Positions 16,247-26,125 of a stretch of 44,474 nucleotides of DNA are shown piece after piece. Position numbers and translations under genes: made by a program. The stretch is from assembly GCA_030673105.1 (NCBI GenBank), contig DAOVJS010000003.1, positions 1 to 44,474 on the forward strand, in the 5' to 3' direction. The notes beneath the pieces were generated by a model. It did not search any database, had not been told where the DNA came from, and was given only the letters and a program-made list of their open reading frames with translations. The number at the start of each line of letters is the position of its first letter. The first letter of the stretch is position 1. Source of the DNA: Spirochaetota bacterium (GTDB taxonomy: Bacteria; Spirochaetota; B62-G9; DRHN01).

Positions 16247-17818
16247 GTGGTTGAAAATGAGAAATTGGATCCGGAAATAGCTGATCTGCTGGGTATTCAA
16301 TCCGGGACAGCAGATCCGGAAATCGGTACAGCAGGACAAACCGCACCTTCAACAGATAAAATCCAAAAAACTGAAATGCGCTCACTTAACCTGCATGGTT
16401 TTTTAACCGATAAAAATCATTATTCAAAAATTATTGATATGACAGGAGAATACGGAACGAGGTTAAACGAGATATTGTCAAAGTTCTTAAAAGCGACGGA
16501 TAAAGACGAAAAGTCCATGTACCGTGAAAGACTTACCCCAGCCTACTGGAATATGTTAACACACCTTATTAACAATTTTTTTAGTAGCCTGACTGACGAA
16601 AAACAGGCCCTTTATCGTTATGGATTACTCAATAATACCTTCATCGATGCGAGCCAGAGGAACATCCTCATGAGTATAAATACCAGCACTACACAGGATG
16701 ACTTTTCTTTTGTAGATGAATGGTTATTAAAGGTTGGCAATGGAATAATATCACCAAGCTCCATAGATGAGACTGTTAAGGCAAAAAAGAAATCACCATC
16801 TGCTGTTAAAGCAAAACTGGATAGAAAAAGAGGTTCAAAAGATGCTGAACATGTAAATTTCAAGCAAAAATCAGAGCAGCATCGAATGATAGAGAAAAGT
16901 CTTAAGAGCTGCATCACGATTATTTTAAATCATGATCTTATTTCGGAATATGAGAACGTACTAGCCCCTTACAATTCTGAACAAAAAAAAGCACTCTTAC
17001 AGGTTCAAAATATTACAAAAAGTCTGATTAAATCAAATAAGGATATAGAAGCTTCCTACAGGACCCTTGTGGGTCTTGATGGGGATATAAAATCCCTTCA
17101 GAACTCAGGCATTGACCTGTCAGTGGAAGTTGACACAAAAACAGTGACAGAGGAATTCTTATCAATTCGACAGATGATCAAATTAACAGTTGGAAGGCAG
17201 GGGAACCATTTCCCTTTTCTCATTAAATACTATATGCCAAACAGTGATATTGAAGTATGTACTAAAAACAACCTTGAGAAAACCCTGAAAGAAATAGAGG
17301 CAATTGATCCGGGTGTTTTTATTAGAAAATATAAACAGGAGGAACACAGGATAGTTCCTCGTTTTATCATTGTACCCGCTTATGGTAATTATGGAATATG
17401 CTGGGAGCCTTTTGAAAGGATGAACAAGGCCACGAGCAAGGGCAGAATTGCGGTTCCCATGTTCCCCCGTGATTTAAAAATTGCAGTTTTAAATGCGCTC
17501 GGTGATTTGAGATGGCAGATTGCTAAAGAGAAGGCGCTCCATTACTGGATGGAAGAGGGGCTGACAGGGCACTACTACGAATATTCACAAAAAAATAAAT
17601 TAAAAGGCGACTTAAAGCAGGCGTTTATTCAGGATTACATTCTGTGGATCAAATTTGAATCACAGGGAATGCAAAAACTGAATCGGGAAGTCCGAACCAT
17701 TTTCTGGAGATATATCCCATTCACTCAAGAACTTAAAGAAACATTGAAAAACAGGGGCTTTTACTATTCTGAACTCTATAAAAAGGACCAAACGCGGGCA
17801 ATGTCAAGGGGTTATTAA
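16247..17818 (+). CDS. Hypothetical cytoplasmic protein, probably conserved in spirochaetes
   Basis: 523-aa ORF with central coiled-coil and aromatic-rich C-terminal domain; no motif recognised. Confidence 0.8.
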   Translation: MVENEKLDPEIADLLGIQSGTADPEIGTAGQTAPSTDKIQKTEMRSLNLHGFLTDKNHYSKIIDMTGEYGTRLNEILSKFLKATDKDEKSMYRERLTPAYWNMLTHLINNFFSSLTDEKQALYRYGLLNNTFIDASQRNILMSINTSTTQDDFSFVDEWLLKVGNGIISPSSIDETVKAKKKSPSAVKAKLDRKRGSKDAEHVNFKQKSEQHRMIEKSLKSCITIILNHDLISEYENVLAPYNSEQKKALLQVQNITKSLIKSNKDIEASYRTLVGLDGDIKSLQNSGIDLSVEVDTKTVTEEFLSIRQMIKLTVGRQGNHFPFLIKYYMPNSDIEVCTKNNLEKTLKEIEAIDPGVFIRKYKQEEHRIVPRFIIVPAYGNYGICWEPFERMNKATSKGRIAVPMFPRDLKIAVLNALGDLRWQIAKEKALHYWMEEGLTGHYYEYSQKNKLKGDLKQAFIQDYILWIKFESQGMQKLNREVRTIFWRYIPFTQELKETLKNRGFYYSELYKKDQTRAMSRGY

Positions 17819-17840
17819 AACTGCGGTAATAAAACAAGCC

Positions 17841-18686
17841 TCAATCCCGGAGAAATTCCTTTAAATGGCTAAAATGCTCTCGTATTTTTTTCAACGCTCT
17901 TAACTCAATCTGCCGCACAGTTTCAGGAGAGATAAAAAGCTGTTCTCCTATATCTTTCAAAGTATATTTTTCACCTTTTAAGAAAGAATAACGATAAAGA
18001 AGAACTTTCTTCTCCTTTTCCGTTAATATATCCAGCATCTCTTCGGTCTTTTCTTTTAAATAATTTTTCATTACAATATTATCAGGGTTGTATTTCGGGT
18101 CTTCAACTGTATTTTTCAATGAGAAACTATCATCATTATTCGATGATTCAATCGATAAAACTTTGTCCGGCAGGTTAAGAATTGATCTTATCTCATCCTG
18201 ATCAATTTTTGTCTCTGACGCCAGTTCAGAATTATCAGCTGTTCTCCCGAAATCTTTTGAAAGTTTCTGCTGGGCCCGTGTCACTTTCCTCAGTTTTTCT
18301 TCTTTTCTGTGAGGAAGCCTTATCAGCCTGCTTTTGTTTGAAAGCGCACGAGCTATACTCTGTTTGATCCAGAAAGAGGCGTATGTACTGAATCTCACAT
18401 TTTTCCTGAAATCAAACTTGTCAGCGGCTTTTATTAATCCCAGGTTTCCTTCCTGAATTAGATCGAGCAGATCCATTTCACGAGAAATATAACCTTTTGC
18501 AATTTTAACAACCAGACGTAGATTAGACTTAATAAGAGTCTCACGCGCCTGCCCGTCACCCTGTAATATTTTTTTTGATAGTGACTTTTCCTCATCAGCT
18601 GTTAGAAGCTTATCCTTCTTAAGCTGATAGAGATAGGCACTTAAATTGCTTTCTGATCTGGGTTCTTTTTTTATTGTCATTTCCAT
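17841..18686 (-). CDS. Second RpoS-like sigma70-family factor
   Basis: NLRLVVKIAK, DLIQEGNLGL, RFSTYASFWIKQ, TLKDIG..ISPETVRQIE; no region 1.1; possible starts 18689, 18686, 18680. Confidence 0.88.
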   Translation of the reverse strand: MEMTIKKEPRSESNLSAYLYQLKKDKLLTADEEKSLSKKILQGDGQARETLIKSNLRLVVKIAKGYISREMDLLDLIQEGNLGLIKAADKFDFRKNVRFSTYASFWIKQSIARALSNKSRLIRLPHRKEEKLRKVTRAQQKLSKDFGRTADNSELASETKIDQDEIRSILNLPDKVLSIESSNNDDSFSLKNTVEDPKYNPDNIVMKNYLKEKTEEMLDILTEKEKKVLLYRYSFLKGEKYTLKDIGEQLFISPETVRQIELRALKKIREHFSHLKEFLRD

Positions 18687-18701
18687 CACTCAACATATTA
18701 A

Positions 18702-18717
18702 AGCAATTTATATGCCA
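18702..18717 (-). promoter_or_regulatory. sigma54 (RpoN) -24/-12 promoter
   Basis: Minus strand TGGCATATAAATTGCT = GG-N10-GC, a close match to TGGCAC-N5-TTGCW. Confidence 0.75.
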
Positions 18718-19086
18718 TATTTTTTTATTTTGATGTTTTTGTAATTCCCCTATTATAATCAGTTAGAAGGATATAATATTGCCTGCATTATTAATTAACT
18801 TATTTGTATAATTTTTCATAACATAATGACCAAAATTAACAAAATCAGTGTAAATAAACCAGCCCTCCTTAATTAATTATATATCAAATGTGTTTATTCT
18901 CCAGAATTATTACCAATTTCAATGAATAAGTTCAGTAAATCAGAAAACAGCACCTGCGAATAGGGAATTTTTAATAGGAAACATAAAAACAATTGACAAT
19001 CCATAACATTAATTGCAAAAAAACTGATATTTCTGTCGTATAATCAGGGTTATGTATAAAATAGTATACATTGATTGTATGATTTT

Positions 19087-20022
19087 TTATACTACAGCTT
19101 TTACTGCTTCCAAAGCGACTTCAAGCTGGTTTTCATCAGGCTCTTTTGTTGTAATTCTCTGGAGTAAAAGGCCAGGAGCAACCAGGACTTTCATGAATAG
19201 ACTATTTCTAAATTTGTCAGATAACTTTAAAAGTTCGTAAGAGAGAGACGCGATTACAGGTAATGCAACTATAATGTGAAGGAATAAAGTAATTATTTTC
19301 CTGTATACAATGTGCATGGTAGCAAAATCCTTGTACAGTAATTGTGTGGCTACCGTGATAAGTGGAAAGACAATTATCGTAATGAAAAATACAAAGAATA
19401 GAAAAGATGTTCCGCACCTGGGATGAAGAGTATTAAAACTTTTCGCTTCCTGAATAACGAGGGGCCGGTCAGCCTCGTAACAAAAAATTGACTTATGTTC
19501 AGCCCCATGGTACTGGAAAGTTCTCTTGATATCCTTAATAAAAGAAATAAAGATGATATAAAGGAGGAATACAGCGAGTCTGATCACACCCGCTATTATA
19601 TTAAAGAAAAATGGGCTATCTTTCTCTATAATACCGAGGAAATGAGTAGAAAGATTAGGTAATACCATAAAGAGACCGATTCCTAATGCCAGGGCCGGAA
19701 TCATCCCGAAAACAATAATAAAACTCGAACTATTCTTAGATTTTTTCTTTTTATCATCCTCGGGCATGGCAATTTCTGCTGAATACAGCAGTGATTTTAT
19801 ACCAAGAACAAGATTTTCAATAAGAGCTGAAATACCTCTCACAAAAGGTGCTCGTAAAATCTTATAAGACTGAACAGGGCTCTTTATATTATTTTTTACA
19901 ACTTCAATTGACCCATCGGGTTTGCGAACTGCAATTGTGTATACGTTCTTATTCCTGATCATTACACCCTCGATAACCGCCTGCCCCCCGATGAGAGACC
20001 TTTTTGTCTCACTCTTACCCAT
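19087..20022 (-). CDS. DUF1385 (YqhQ-like) membrane protein
   Basis: GGQAVIEGVM, FQYHGAEHK, HPRCGTSF, LQRITTKEPD; usual position after rpmE. Confidence 0.9.
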   Translation of the reverse strand: MGKSETKRSLIGGQAVIEGVMIRNKNVYTIAVRKPDGSIEVVKNNIKSPVQSYKILRAPFVRGISALIENLVLGIKSLLYSAEIAMPEDDKKKKSKNSSSFIIVFGMIPALALGIGLFMVLPNLSTHFLGIIEKDSPFFFNIIAGVIRLAVFLLYIIFISFIKDIKRTFQYHGAEHKSIFCYEADRPLVIQEAKSFNTLHPRCGTSFLFFVFFITIIVFPLITVATQLLYKDFATMHIVYRKIITLFLHIIVALPVIASLSYELLKLSDKFRNSLFMKVLVAPGLLLQRITTKEPDENQLEVALEAVKAVV

Positions 20023-20210
20023 AACTTCCACTCCAATGCACAATTCAAAAAATATTCCAGGCAAGTAAACTGTCAATCTTGATTAAAAAATATTTCTTGC
20101 CTCATGGTTTCGAATAATAACATAATAGATAACCTTATCAATGTACATAAAATTTTAATTGCCGGACCAGCTTCCAAAATATAAGGGAGGCTGTCCAACA
20201 ACCTCTAATT

Positions 20211-20304
20211 AGGCTGTCCCATAACTACAGATTATATATTTGATGCTATATATTACACAGGTTATTATGTTTAAATAGTCATTTTATATGTTAAGGATCA
20301 GCCT
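20211..20304. mobile_element. Possible degenerate MITE or IS-end remnant
   Basis: Imperfect terminal inverted repeats AGGCTGTCCCATAAC / GTTAAGGATCAGCCT (12/15) around an AT-rich core; extra GAGGCTGTCC at 20187. Confidence 0.35.
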
Positions 20305-20400
20305 GAAGGAATTAAGATTAGTGAACGATTATATAAGGCAGGCTTTAAAAATACATAGAAAATATCATTGAAGCATTTTTAGAAATATTTATCGTATTAC

Positions 20401-20613
20401 CTATTTTACCGTTTCTTTAATATTATACTTCTTCCTGAACCTCTCAATCCTTCCTGCAGTGTCAACTAACTTCTGTTTACCGGAAAAAAATGGATGGCAT
20501 GCTGAACATATCTCTATATGCTTTATATCCACTGTCGACCTTGTCTCAATTTTATTTCCACAGGCACAGGTAATGACAACGGGTTTATAATCAGGATGAA
20601 TACCATTTTTCAT
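20401..20613 (-). CDS. rpmE: 50S ribosomal protein L31 (Zn-binding type)
   Basis: [27 protein letters not shown]. Confidence 0.97.
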   Translation of the reverse strand: MKNGIHPDYKPVVITCACGNKIETRSTVDIKHIEICSACHPFFSGKQKLVDTAGRIERFRKKYNIKETVK

Positions 20614-20692
20614 ACGCTGCTCCAGTTTCCATGTAATTTATTAAAATATAATAATAAAAATTAATTTATACAAATTATTTGGACTGACAGTT

Positions 20693-22207
20693 TTATGCCG
20701 AATTATTCATCGAACGCAGAAAAGCCGCGTTATTCTTTGTTGCTTTCATTTTTTCAATTAATAGTTCCATTACTTCTAATTCATCCATAGGATGAAGGAC
20801 TTTTCTTAAAACCAATAATTTCTGCTGCTCTTCCCCTGTAAGCAGCAGCTCTTCTTTTCGCGTGCCGGATTTCCAGACATCGATAGCAGGAAATATCCTT
20901 CTTTCTACCAATCTTCTATCAAGATTAATTTCCATGTTGCCTGTTCCTTTAAACTCTTCAAATATCACCTCGTCCATTCTGCTCCCTGTATCAATGAGAG
21001 CCGTTGCCAGAATTGTAAGGCTGCCGCCCTCTTCAATATTTCTAGCCGCGCCAAAAAATCTCTTTGGTTTATGGAGAGCGTTTGAATCAACACCACCGGA
21101 CAGTATCTTACCTGATGTCGGGACAACCTGGTTGTATGCCCGGGCAAGCCTTGTAATGCTGTCAAGGAGGATCACAACATCTTTTTTATGCTCAACAAGT
21201 CTCTTGGCTTTTTCTATGACCATCTCCGCAACCTGAACATGTCTCGTCGCAGGTTCATCAAAGGTTGAACTGATTACCTCACCGCTCACACTTCGCTGCA
21301 TATCAGTGACCTCTTCGGGCCTTTCATCTATGAGGAGAACAATAAGAACAATATCGGGATGATTGGTTGTGACAGAGTTGGCTATCTGCTGAATAAGTAT
21401 CGTCTTGCCGGTTCTTGGAGGAGCCACGATAAGCCCCCTCTGCCCCTTTCCGATCGGAATAAATAAGTTGACGACTCTCATCGCTATATTGTCCGGGATA
21501 GTTTCGAGAGAGATTCTTCCATCTGGATACAGGGGCGTTAAATTATCGAAAAGGATTCTCTTCTGCGAAACCTCAGGGTCCTCATAATTCACAGCTTCAA
21601 CTCTTAATAGAGCAAAGAACCGCTCGTTTTCTTTTGGAGGACGTACCTGTCCGGACACGGTATCTCCGGTTTTTAATCCGAATAATCGAATTTGAGACGG
21701 TGAGACATAAATATCATCCGGACCTGGCAGGTAATTATAGCTGGGGGACCGCAGGAAACCGTACCCGTCCTGTAATATTTCAAGCACACCTGACGCAAAA
21801 ATCAGGCCATGTTTTTCAGTCTGAGCCTGAAGAATTGCAAAGATCAGGTCCTGCTTTTTCATTCTGCCGGTGCCTTCAATACTAAACTCCATTGCAAGAG
21901 AGGAAAGTCCCGAAATAGTCATGTTTGTGAGCTCATTTATATTCAACTTGGCAAAATTAATCTTTTTTTTCTCTTCTGCCTTCTTCTTCTTCTTCACCTT
22001 TCTAATAATTGCTATTTTCCCTACACCACTCTCTGTCATAGATTCTGTTTCGAAGGATGCAGACACAGATTCAGAAATGATTTCAGGTTTTGATTCGATG
22101 GCTGAATCAGCATCAGGTTCTTCTGTCTTTCCTACCGGACTCCCGGCAGGAGTCTCTTCGTTGATATAATCTTCACCCGGTTCGCTGAGATTGTCTGGTA
22201 TTCCCAT
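20693..22207 (-). CDS. rho: Transcription termination factor Rho with N-terminal extension
   Basis: [49 protein letters not shown]; ATG 22207 follows GGTGGAG. Confidence 0.97.
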   Translation of the reverse strand: MGIPDNLSEPGEDYINEETPAGSPVGKTEEPDADSAIESKPEIISESVSASFETESMTESGVGKIAIIRKVKKKKKAEEKKKINFAKLNINELTNMTISGLSSLAMEFSIEGTGRMKKQDLIFAILQAQTEKHGLIFASGVLEILQDGYGFLRSPSYNYLPGPDDIYVSPSQIRLFGLKTGDTVSGQVRPPKENERFFALLRVEAVNYEDPEVSQKRILFDNLTPLYPDGRISLETIPDNIAMRVVNLFIPIGKGQRGLIVAPPRTGKTILIQQIANSVTTNHPDIVLIVLLIDERPEEVTDMQRSVSGEVISSTFDEPATRHVQVAEMVIEKAKRLVEHKKDVVILLDSITRLARAYNQVVPTSGKILSGGVDSNALHKPKRFFGAARNIEEGGSLTILATALIDTGSRMDEVIFEEFKGTGNMEINLDRRLVERRIFPAIDVWKSGTRKEELLLTGEEQQKLLVLRKVLHPMDELEVMELLIEKMKATKNNAAFLRSMNNSA

Positions 22208-22468
22208 ATCCACTCCACCATTCAATTGTATTTTTATACAAGCTGCAATAATGCACGTATAAATTGACGGTAATAACCAGTAGGGCACACTACTCTTTGT
22301 GTAATTTATCAGGTGTCACATATCTAATAAACCATCACACTTTATTGTCTATACAGTAAAATTTAAGAAGCGTTATAAGAATAAAACCCCGTAATAGAAC
22401 AGTTACTCCTGCGGCCTTTTAAAGAGGTTTTTAAAAAGCAGATAATAGGTATGCATATTATACTGTTC

Positions 22469-22497
22469 AAGTTAAACGATTTTTTACTCAGTGTCAA
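22469..22497 (-). promoter_or_regulatory. Putative sigma70 promoter of rho (about 250-nt leader)
   Basis: Minus strand TTGACA-N17-TAACTT. Confidence 0.4.
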
Positions 22498-22512
22498 TAG
22501 AAAAATACAAAC

Positions 22513-23508
22513 TTATTTAATAAAATTATCCATTTTTTCAAATAATTCAGGGATCTGCTTAAAAAGAGGTTTTATCTCATACTCCAGTACATCTCCTACA
22601 GTGATCATATCTCCATTTTTAAAAGCGCTTTCAACGGATTTTAAACGATCAGTTATTTCATAGAATAAGTCATCGATACTCTTATCGGATATTAACATGG
22701 ACTTAAAATCAATAGTATACATAATTTTCGTAATTTTCAGGATCGATATCACCTCATCCAGAAGCTCCGTTATGTAGCAAAGATCACCTAATGCCTTTCT
22801 ATCTCTCCCGATCTGTAAATCTTTTGAAATACTATCAAATTTTTGAAATGAACTGCTGCAGACATAGGACAGGTCCTGAAAAATCTCCCCTAAAAAAGAA
22901 GATGTCTTGGTTTTATCCCAGTCCTTAAAAAATAAAATATTTTTAATAACCGCCCACTTAAAAACTATGGCAATAAAATACAGCATATTCTTCAGTAAAT
23001 CCTTCAGCTTTTTTATTCCTTCAGGGTCAATATATTTTTTTTCATAAATTAGAATAAATTCATTCATTTCTAAAAGAACGTCCTTAAGTGTAATTCCTTT
23101 CCTGTTAACTATAACAATCGAATTTACGTTTAAAATTCTCAAAGAATCAACGATTCCTGAATAAATAAGCTTCATTCCTTCCAGAATAGAATCATAGTAT
23201 GTCAGACTATCTGAGTCGTCATACTCACTCAGTATTCTGATAATATACTCACCTAAAGACACAATAGTATTTACTGCGAGCTCAATCTGTGTTAAAGTAA
23301 TTACCTTTAATTCCTTGACCAATGATATACTTCTGCTGAATTCAGAGCAGTTATAATCAAAAGGAACTGTTACGCTGTCAATTGAAATAGATTCTATCAC
23401 GTTATCGTTTTCCACAATCCAGCTTTCAAGACCTTTAATTATTTCCCCCACATTCTTTTCAGTTTCGAGTTCAAACTCAATCTTTTCCTCATTAATGAGA
23501 ATCTCCAT
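22513..23508 (-). CDS. Hypothetical helical protein downstream of fliD
   Basis: 331-aa ORF with SD AAGGAG; C-terminal GDVLEYEI segment. Confidence 0.75.
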   Translation of the reverse strand: MEILINEEKIEFELETEKNVGEIIKGLESWIVENDNVIESISIDSVTVPFDYNCSEFSRSISLVKELKVITLTQIELAVNTIVSLGEYIIRILSEYDDSDSLTYYDSILEGMKLIYSGIVDSLRILNVNSIVIVNRKGITLKDVLLEMNEFILIYEKKYIDPEGIKKLKDLLKNMLYFIAIVFKWAVIKNILFFKDWDKTKTSSFLGEIFQDLSYVCSSSFQKFDSISKDLQIGRDRKALGDLCYITELLDEVISILKITKIMYTIDFKSMLISDKSIDDLFYEITDRLKSVESAFKNGDMITVGDVLEYEIKPLFKQIPELFEKMDNFIK

Positions 23509-23577
23509 TTACTCACTCCTTCAAGAATGCCGGTATAAAACTATTATTAGTAAAAACGATACAAACCATCTTATTGT

Positions 23578-25560
23578 CTATTTTTGAAACTGCCTGGAAA
23601 AATTCTCTATACTTTTCTGATTTAATTCCAGCTCATTGAGCGCCTGCTGCATAACCGTAAAATCACGTTCAAGTTTTTTCCTGTATACCTCTATATGTAC
23701 ATTCCAATTATCAATACTTTTTTCCTGCTCCTTGATTCCAGTATCGGTATTTTTTATCCTGTTGATTATTATTCCATTACGGGGACTTGTATAACCCTTT
23801 AAAGTTTTATCCATCACATACGCGGTCCCATTATCGATGGCCACATCATTATTGGTGTCCGAGCCAAAGAGCTGCTTTACTATTTCAGGAAATTTTTCAA
23901 ATGCGGTAATAAATTTATCCTCATCAACATGTAAATATCCTTCTTTTATATCACTCCAATCAGACCCGTACGCTCCCGTTGATATACCTATCTGGGCAAG
24001 CAGCGAAAGTTCTTTTCCCATATCGGTGGGATAGGGATTCATCATTATTCTCTGTAACTTGCTCTTTAATCCCATGACAGTAATATCTCCTGAAAGTATG
24101 CCTGTCTCATTTTCTTCGGAAAGTACTTCACTCACAGTCGCCCCTGTTTGCTCGTTAATATACTTAAGAAGTTCATTATACCTGGACACCATGTCCACAA
24201 TTTTACCCGTTATTTTTTCATAATCCCTGTCTATTTTTAACAACACCTCTTCTTCGGATTCTTTTCTCAATTTAATTTTCACGCCTTTAATAACATCCTC
24301 AAACTCATTTGTATCTCTGATAATCTTTACACCATCAATATACAATACGGCATCTCTCCCGGTCTGAACAGGATGTTTGGGGGATATCCCTTCTCTAACC
24401 AAGGTGTCTTCAAGAACAAGGTCCCTGTATTCTATTCGCCTGCCTGTATTCCTGTTTATAAAGAAGATTCTGTTTATCTGCTCACCCTCTTTGAGAATAT
24501 CGGTAAGCCTGTAAGTATACTCCGTGAAATTATCCGCGAGTGTGTCTACATCCAGCTTACCCACAAGGCCCGCCTCATTCCCAATGCCGATTACGTTATT
24601 GTCGATGACTACAGGCTCCACTTTCTCTTCCTCCGGTACTTCAATCTTTGAAATGGACCGGCCGCCTTCAACCCTTACCTCCCTGATGGTTACCTCTCCT
24701 ATATTTTTAAGCTCTGGCCACAGAACAGGTTCTTCCGGTTTTTCTTCTTCTTTAACTTCAACAGCTCTTATTTTAATCTTTAAATAAACATTCGGGTCAG
24801 CCGTAACACTTTCCCCCAGAATAAACTCCACACTATTTTCCGGTTCAAGGGTTAATATTTCATCATATACCCTGTATCCAGAAGATTCCTCAATGGGAAA
24901 AACTCTCTCCTGCTTAAACTCAGTATCAACCTCTAAACCTGATTCTTCTTTAAACAGGCCTATATCTTGAAAAAAATCGGAAGTTGCTCCATCATCCACG
25001 GCAATTCGATTCTTTTCACCCGTCTTATTTACTTCCAGGACGAGAACAGAAGTTTTATCTGTATCTCTGGTTATTTTAGCGGTCAGGTACGCACCCGCCT
25101 GTCTGTTAATTGCCTCAGCGAGGTCGTCAATTCTTCCTCCTCCGAACCGGACACCCACTTCTTCTTCACCGATATTAATTTTAAGATAAGTTTCTCCTAA
25201 TATTCTATTACTCTTAACCGGATCAGAAAGAATTTTTTCGTTGAGGGCAATACGCTCCACATTAACAGTGCTGGTTGAAGGCTGTGCAATCCTCGTCGCG
25301 TCGGCAATTAATGCGCCCTCATCACTTGAAACGGCAATTTTGTCTTCAAAGGGTGAGCGGAACCCGTATAAAGCCGCAGAAGCTTTCTGTAAATTATTGA
25401 TATTATTGTTGAGGGTTATCCAGGCGGTTTTTTCTTTATTTAACTCTTCTTTGACAGCTTCAAACCTGTCGATCTTTCTACTCTCTACACTGACAAGTTT
25501 ATCAATGACCCCTTTTATATCTATATTACTTGAAATCCCAGGAAGGTTGAAATCGGGCAT
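23578..25560 (-). CDS. fliD: Flagellar filament cap protein, long spirochaete type
   Basis: PGISSNIDIKGVIDKLVSVE N-terminus, DAVLYIDG..DVIKGV, LAQIGI, C-terminal FTVMQQAL; follows flaG. Confidence 0.92.
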   Translation of the reverse strand: MPDFNLPGISSNIDIKGVIDKLVSVESRKIDRFEAVKEELNKEKTAWITLNNNINNLQKASAALYGFRSPFEDKIAVSSDEGALIADATRIAQPSTSTVNVERIALNEKILSDPVKSNRILGETYLKINIGEEEVGVRFGGGRIDDLAEAINRQAGAYLTAKITRDTDKTSVLVLEVNKTGEKNRIAVDDGATSDFFQDIGLFKEESGLEVDTEFKQERVFPIEESSGYRVYDEILTLEPENSVEFILGESVTADPNVYLKIKIRAVEVKEEEKPEEPVLWPELKNIGEVTIREVRVEGGRSISKIEVPEEEKVEPVVIDNNVIGIGNEAGLVGKLDVDTLADNFTEYTYRLTDILKEGEQINRIFFINRNTGRRIEYRDLVLEDTLVREGISPKHPVQTGRDAVLYIDGVKIIRDTNEFEDVIKGVKIKLRKESEEEVLLKIDRDYEKITGKIVDMVSRYNELLKYINEQTGATVSEVLSEENETGILSGDITVMGLKSKLQRIMMNPYPTDMGKELSLLAQIGISTGAYGSDWSDIKEGYLHVDEDKFITAFEKFPEIVKQLFGSDTNNDVAIDNGTAYVMDKTLKGYTSPRNGIIINRIKNTDTGIKEQEKSIDNWNVHIEVYRKKLERDFTVMQQALNELELNQKSIENFSRQFQK

Positions 25561-25615
25561 CTATAATCCCCGGAGTTAAAATGAATTCCCCGGGCCGCCT
25601 TAGCTTATCGCAATT

Positions 25616-26008
25616 TCACCTTTCTTCATCAACAAGAAGACCGATCATTTCCTGAATTCTTGCAGCAAGCTGTAATATTTGCTCCGGAGGAATCTCTTTT
25701 ATAACCTTATCGGTTTCGGTATCAATTACCTTTACAACTACCCTGTGGGTTTCTTCATGTATCCTGAAATCCAGTCTCCTGTTGAAAATTTCACCTGTAT
25801 GCTTTAATTTCTCTAAAGCCTCACTGATATGGGCCTTGCCTTCAAAATATCCTGTATCTTTAGCCCTGATATCATCAGAATGCAGAGAAATATTATCAGA
25901 AGTTCCTTCATTTTTAAAAATCTCTTCCCTATTGTCAAGTTTACTCCCGGGAATTCCTTTCAGGTTATACTCTCTTCCAGGGTGTCCCCTGATGATTTCT
26001 ATCCCCAT
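25616..26008 (-). CDS. flaG: Flagellar protein FlaG
   Basis: LDFRIHEET.RVVVKVIDTETDKVIKEIPPE..GLLVDEER; SD GGAGGTG before ATG 26008. Confidence 0.92.
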   Translation of the reverse strand: MGIEIIRGHPGREYNLKGIPGSKLDNREEIFKNEGTSDNISLHSDDIRAKDTGYFEGKAHISEALEKLKHTGEIFNRRLDFRIHEETHRVVVKVIDTETDKVIKEIPPEQILQLAARIQEMIGLLVDEER

Positions 26009-26082
26009 TATATACACCTCCCGGCTAATTTCCGGATTTCGTCTCTGACAACAGACCCGGAAAAAAGCGTAATTTTTTAACA

Positions 26083-26108
26083 ATACCTGCGGCAAAAGCC
26101 GCAGGTAT
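26083..26108 (-). terminator. GC-rich hairpin after the flagellin genes (terminator or stabiliser)
   Basis: ATACCTGCGGC-N4-GCCGCAGGTAT perfect 11-bp stem; weak U tract. Confidence 0.55.
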
Positions 26109-26125
26109 GTGATCGGCGTGACTGC

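Noticed and set aside
16116-16385. 89-aa minus-strand ORF
   Set aside because: Antisense to tRNA-Ala and the 523-aa gene; GGEGIRTPDPLNAIQVLSQLSYTP is a typical tRNA shadow translation
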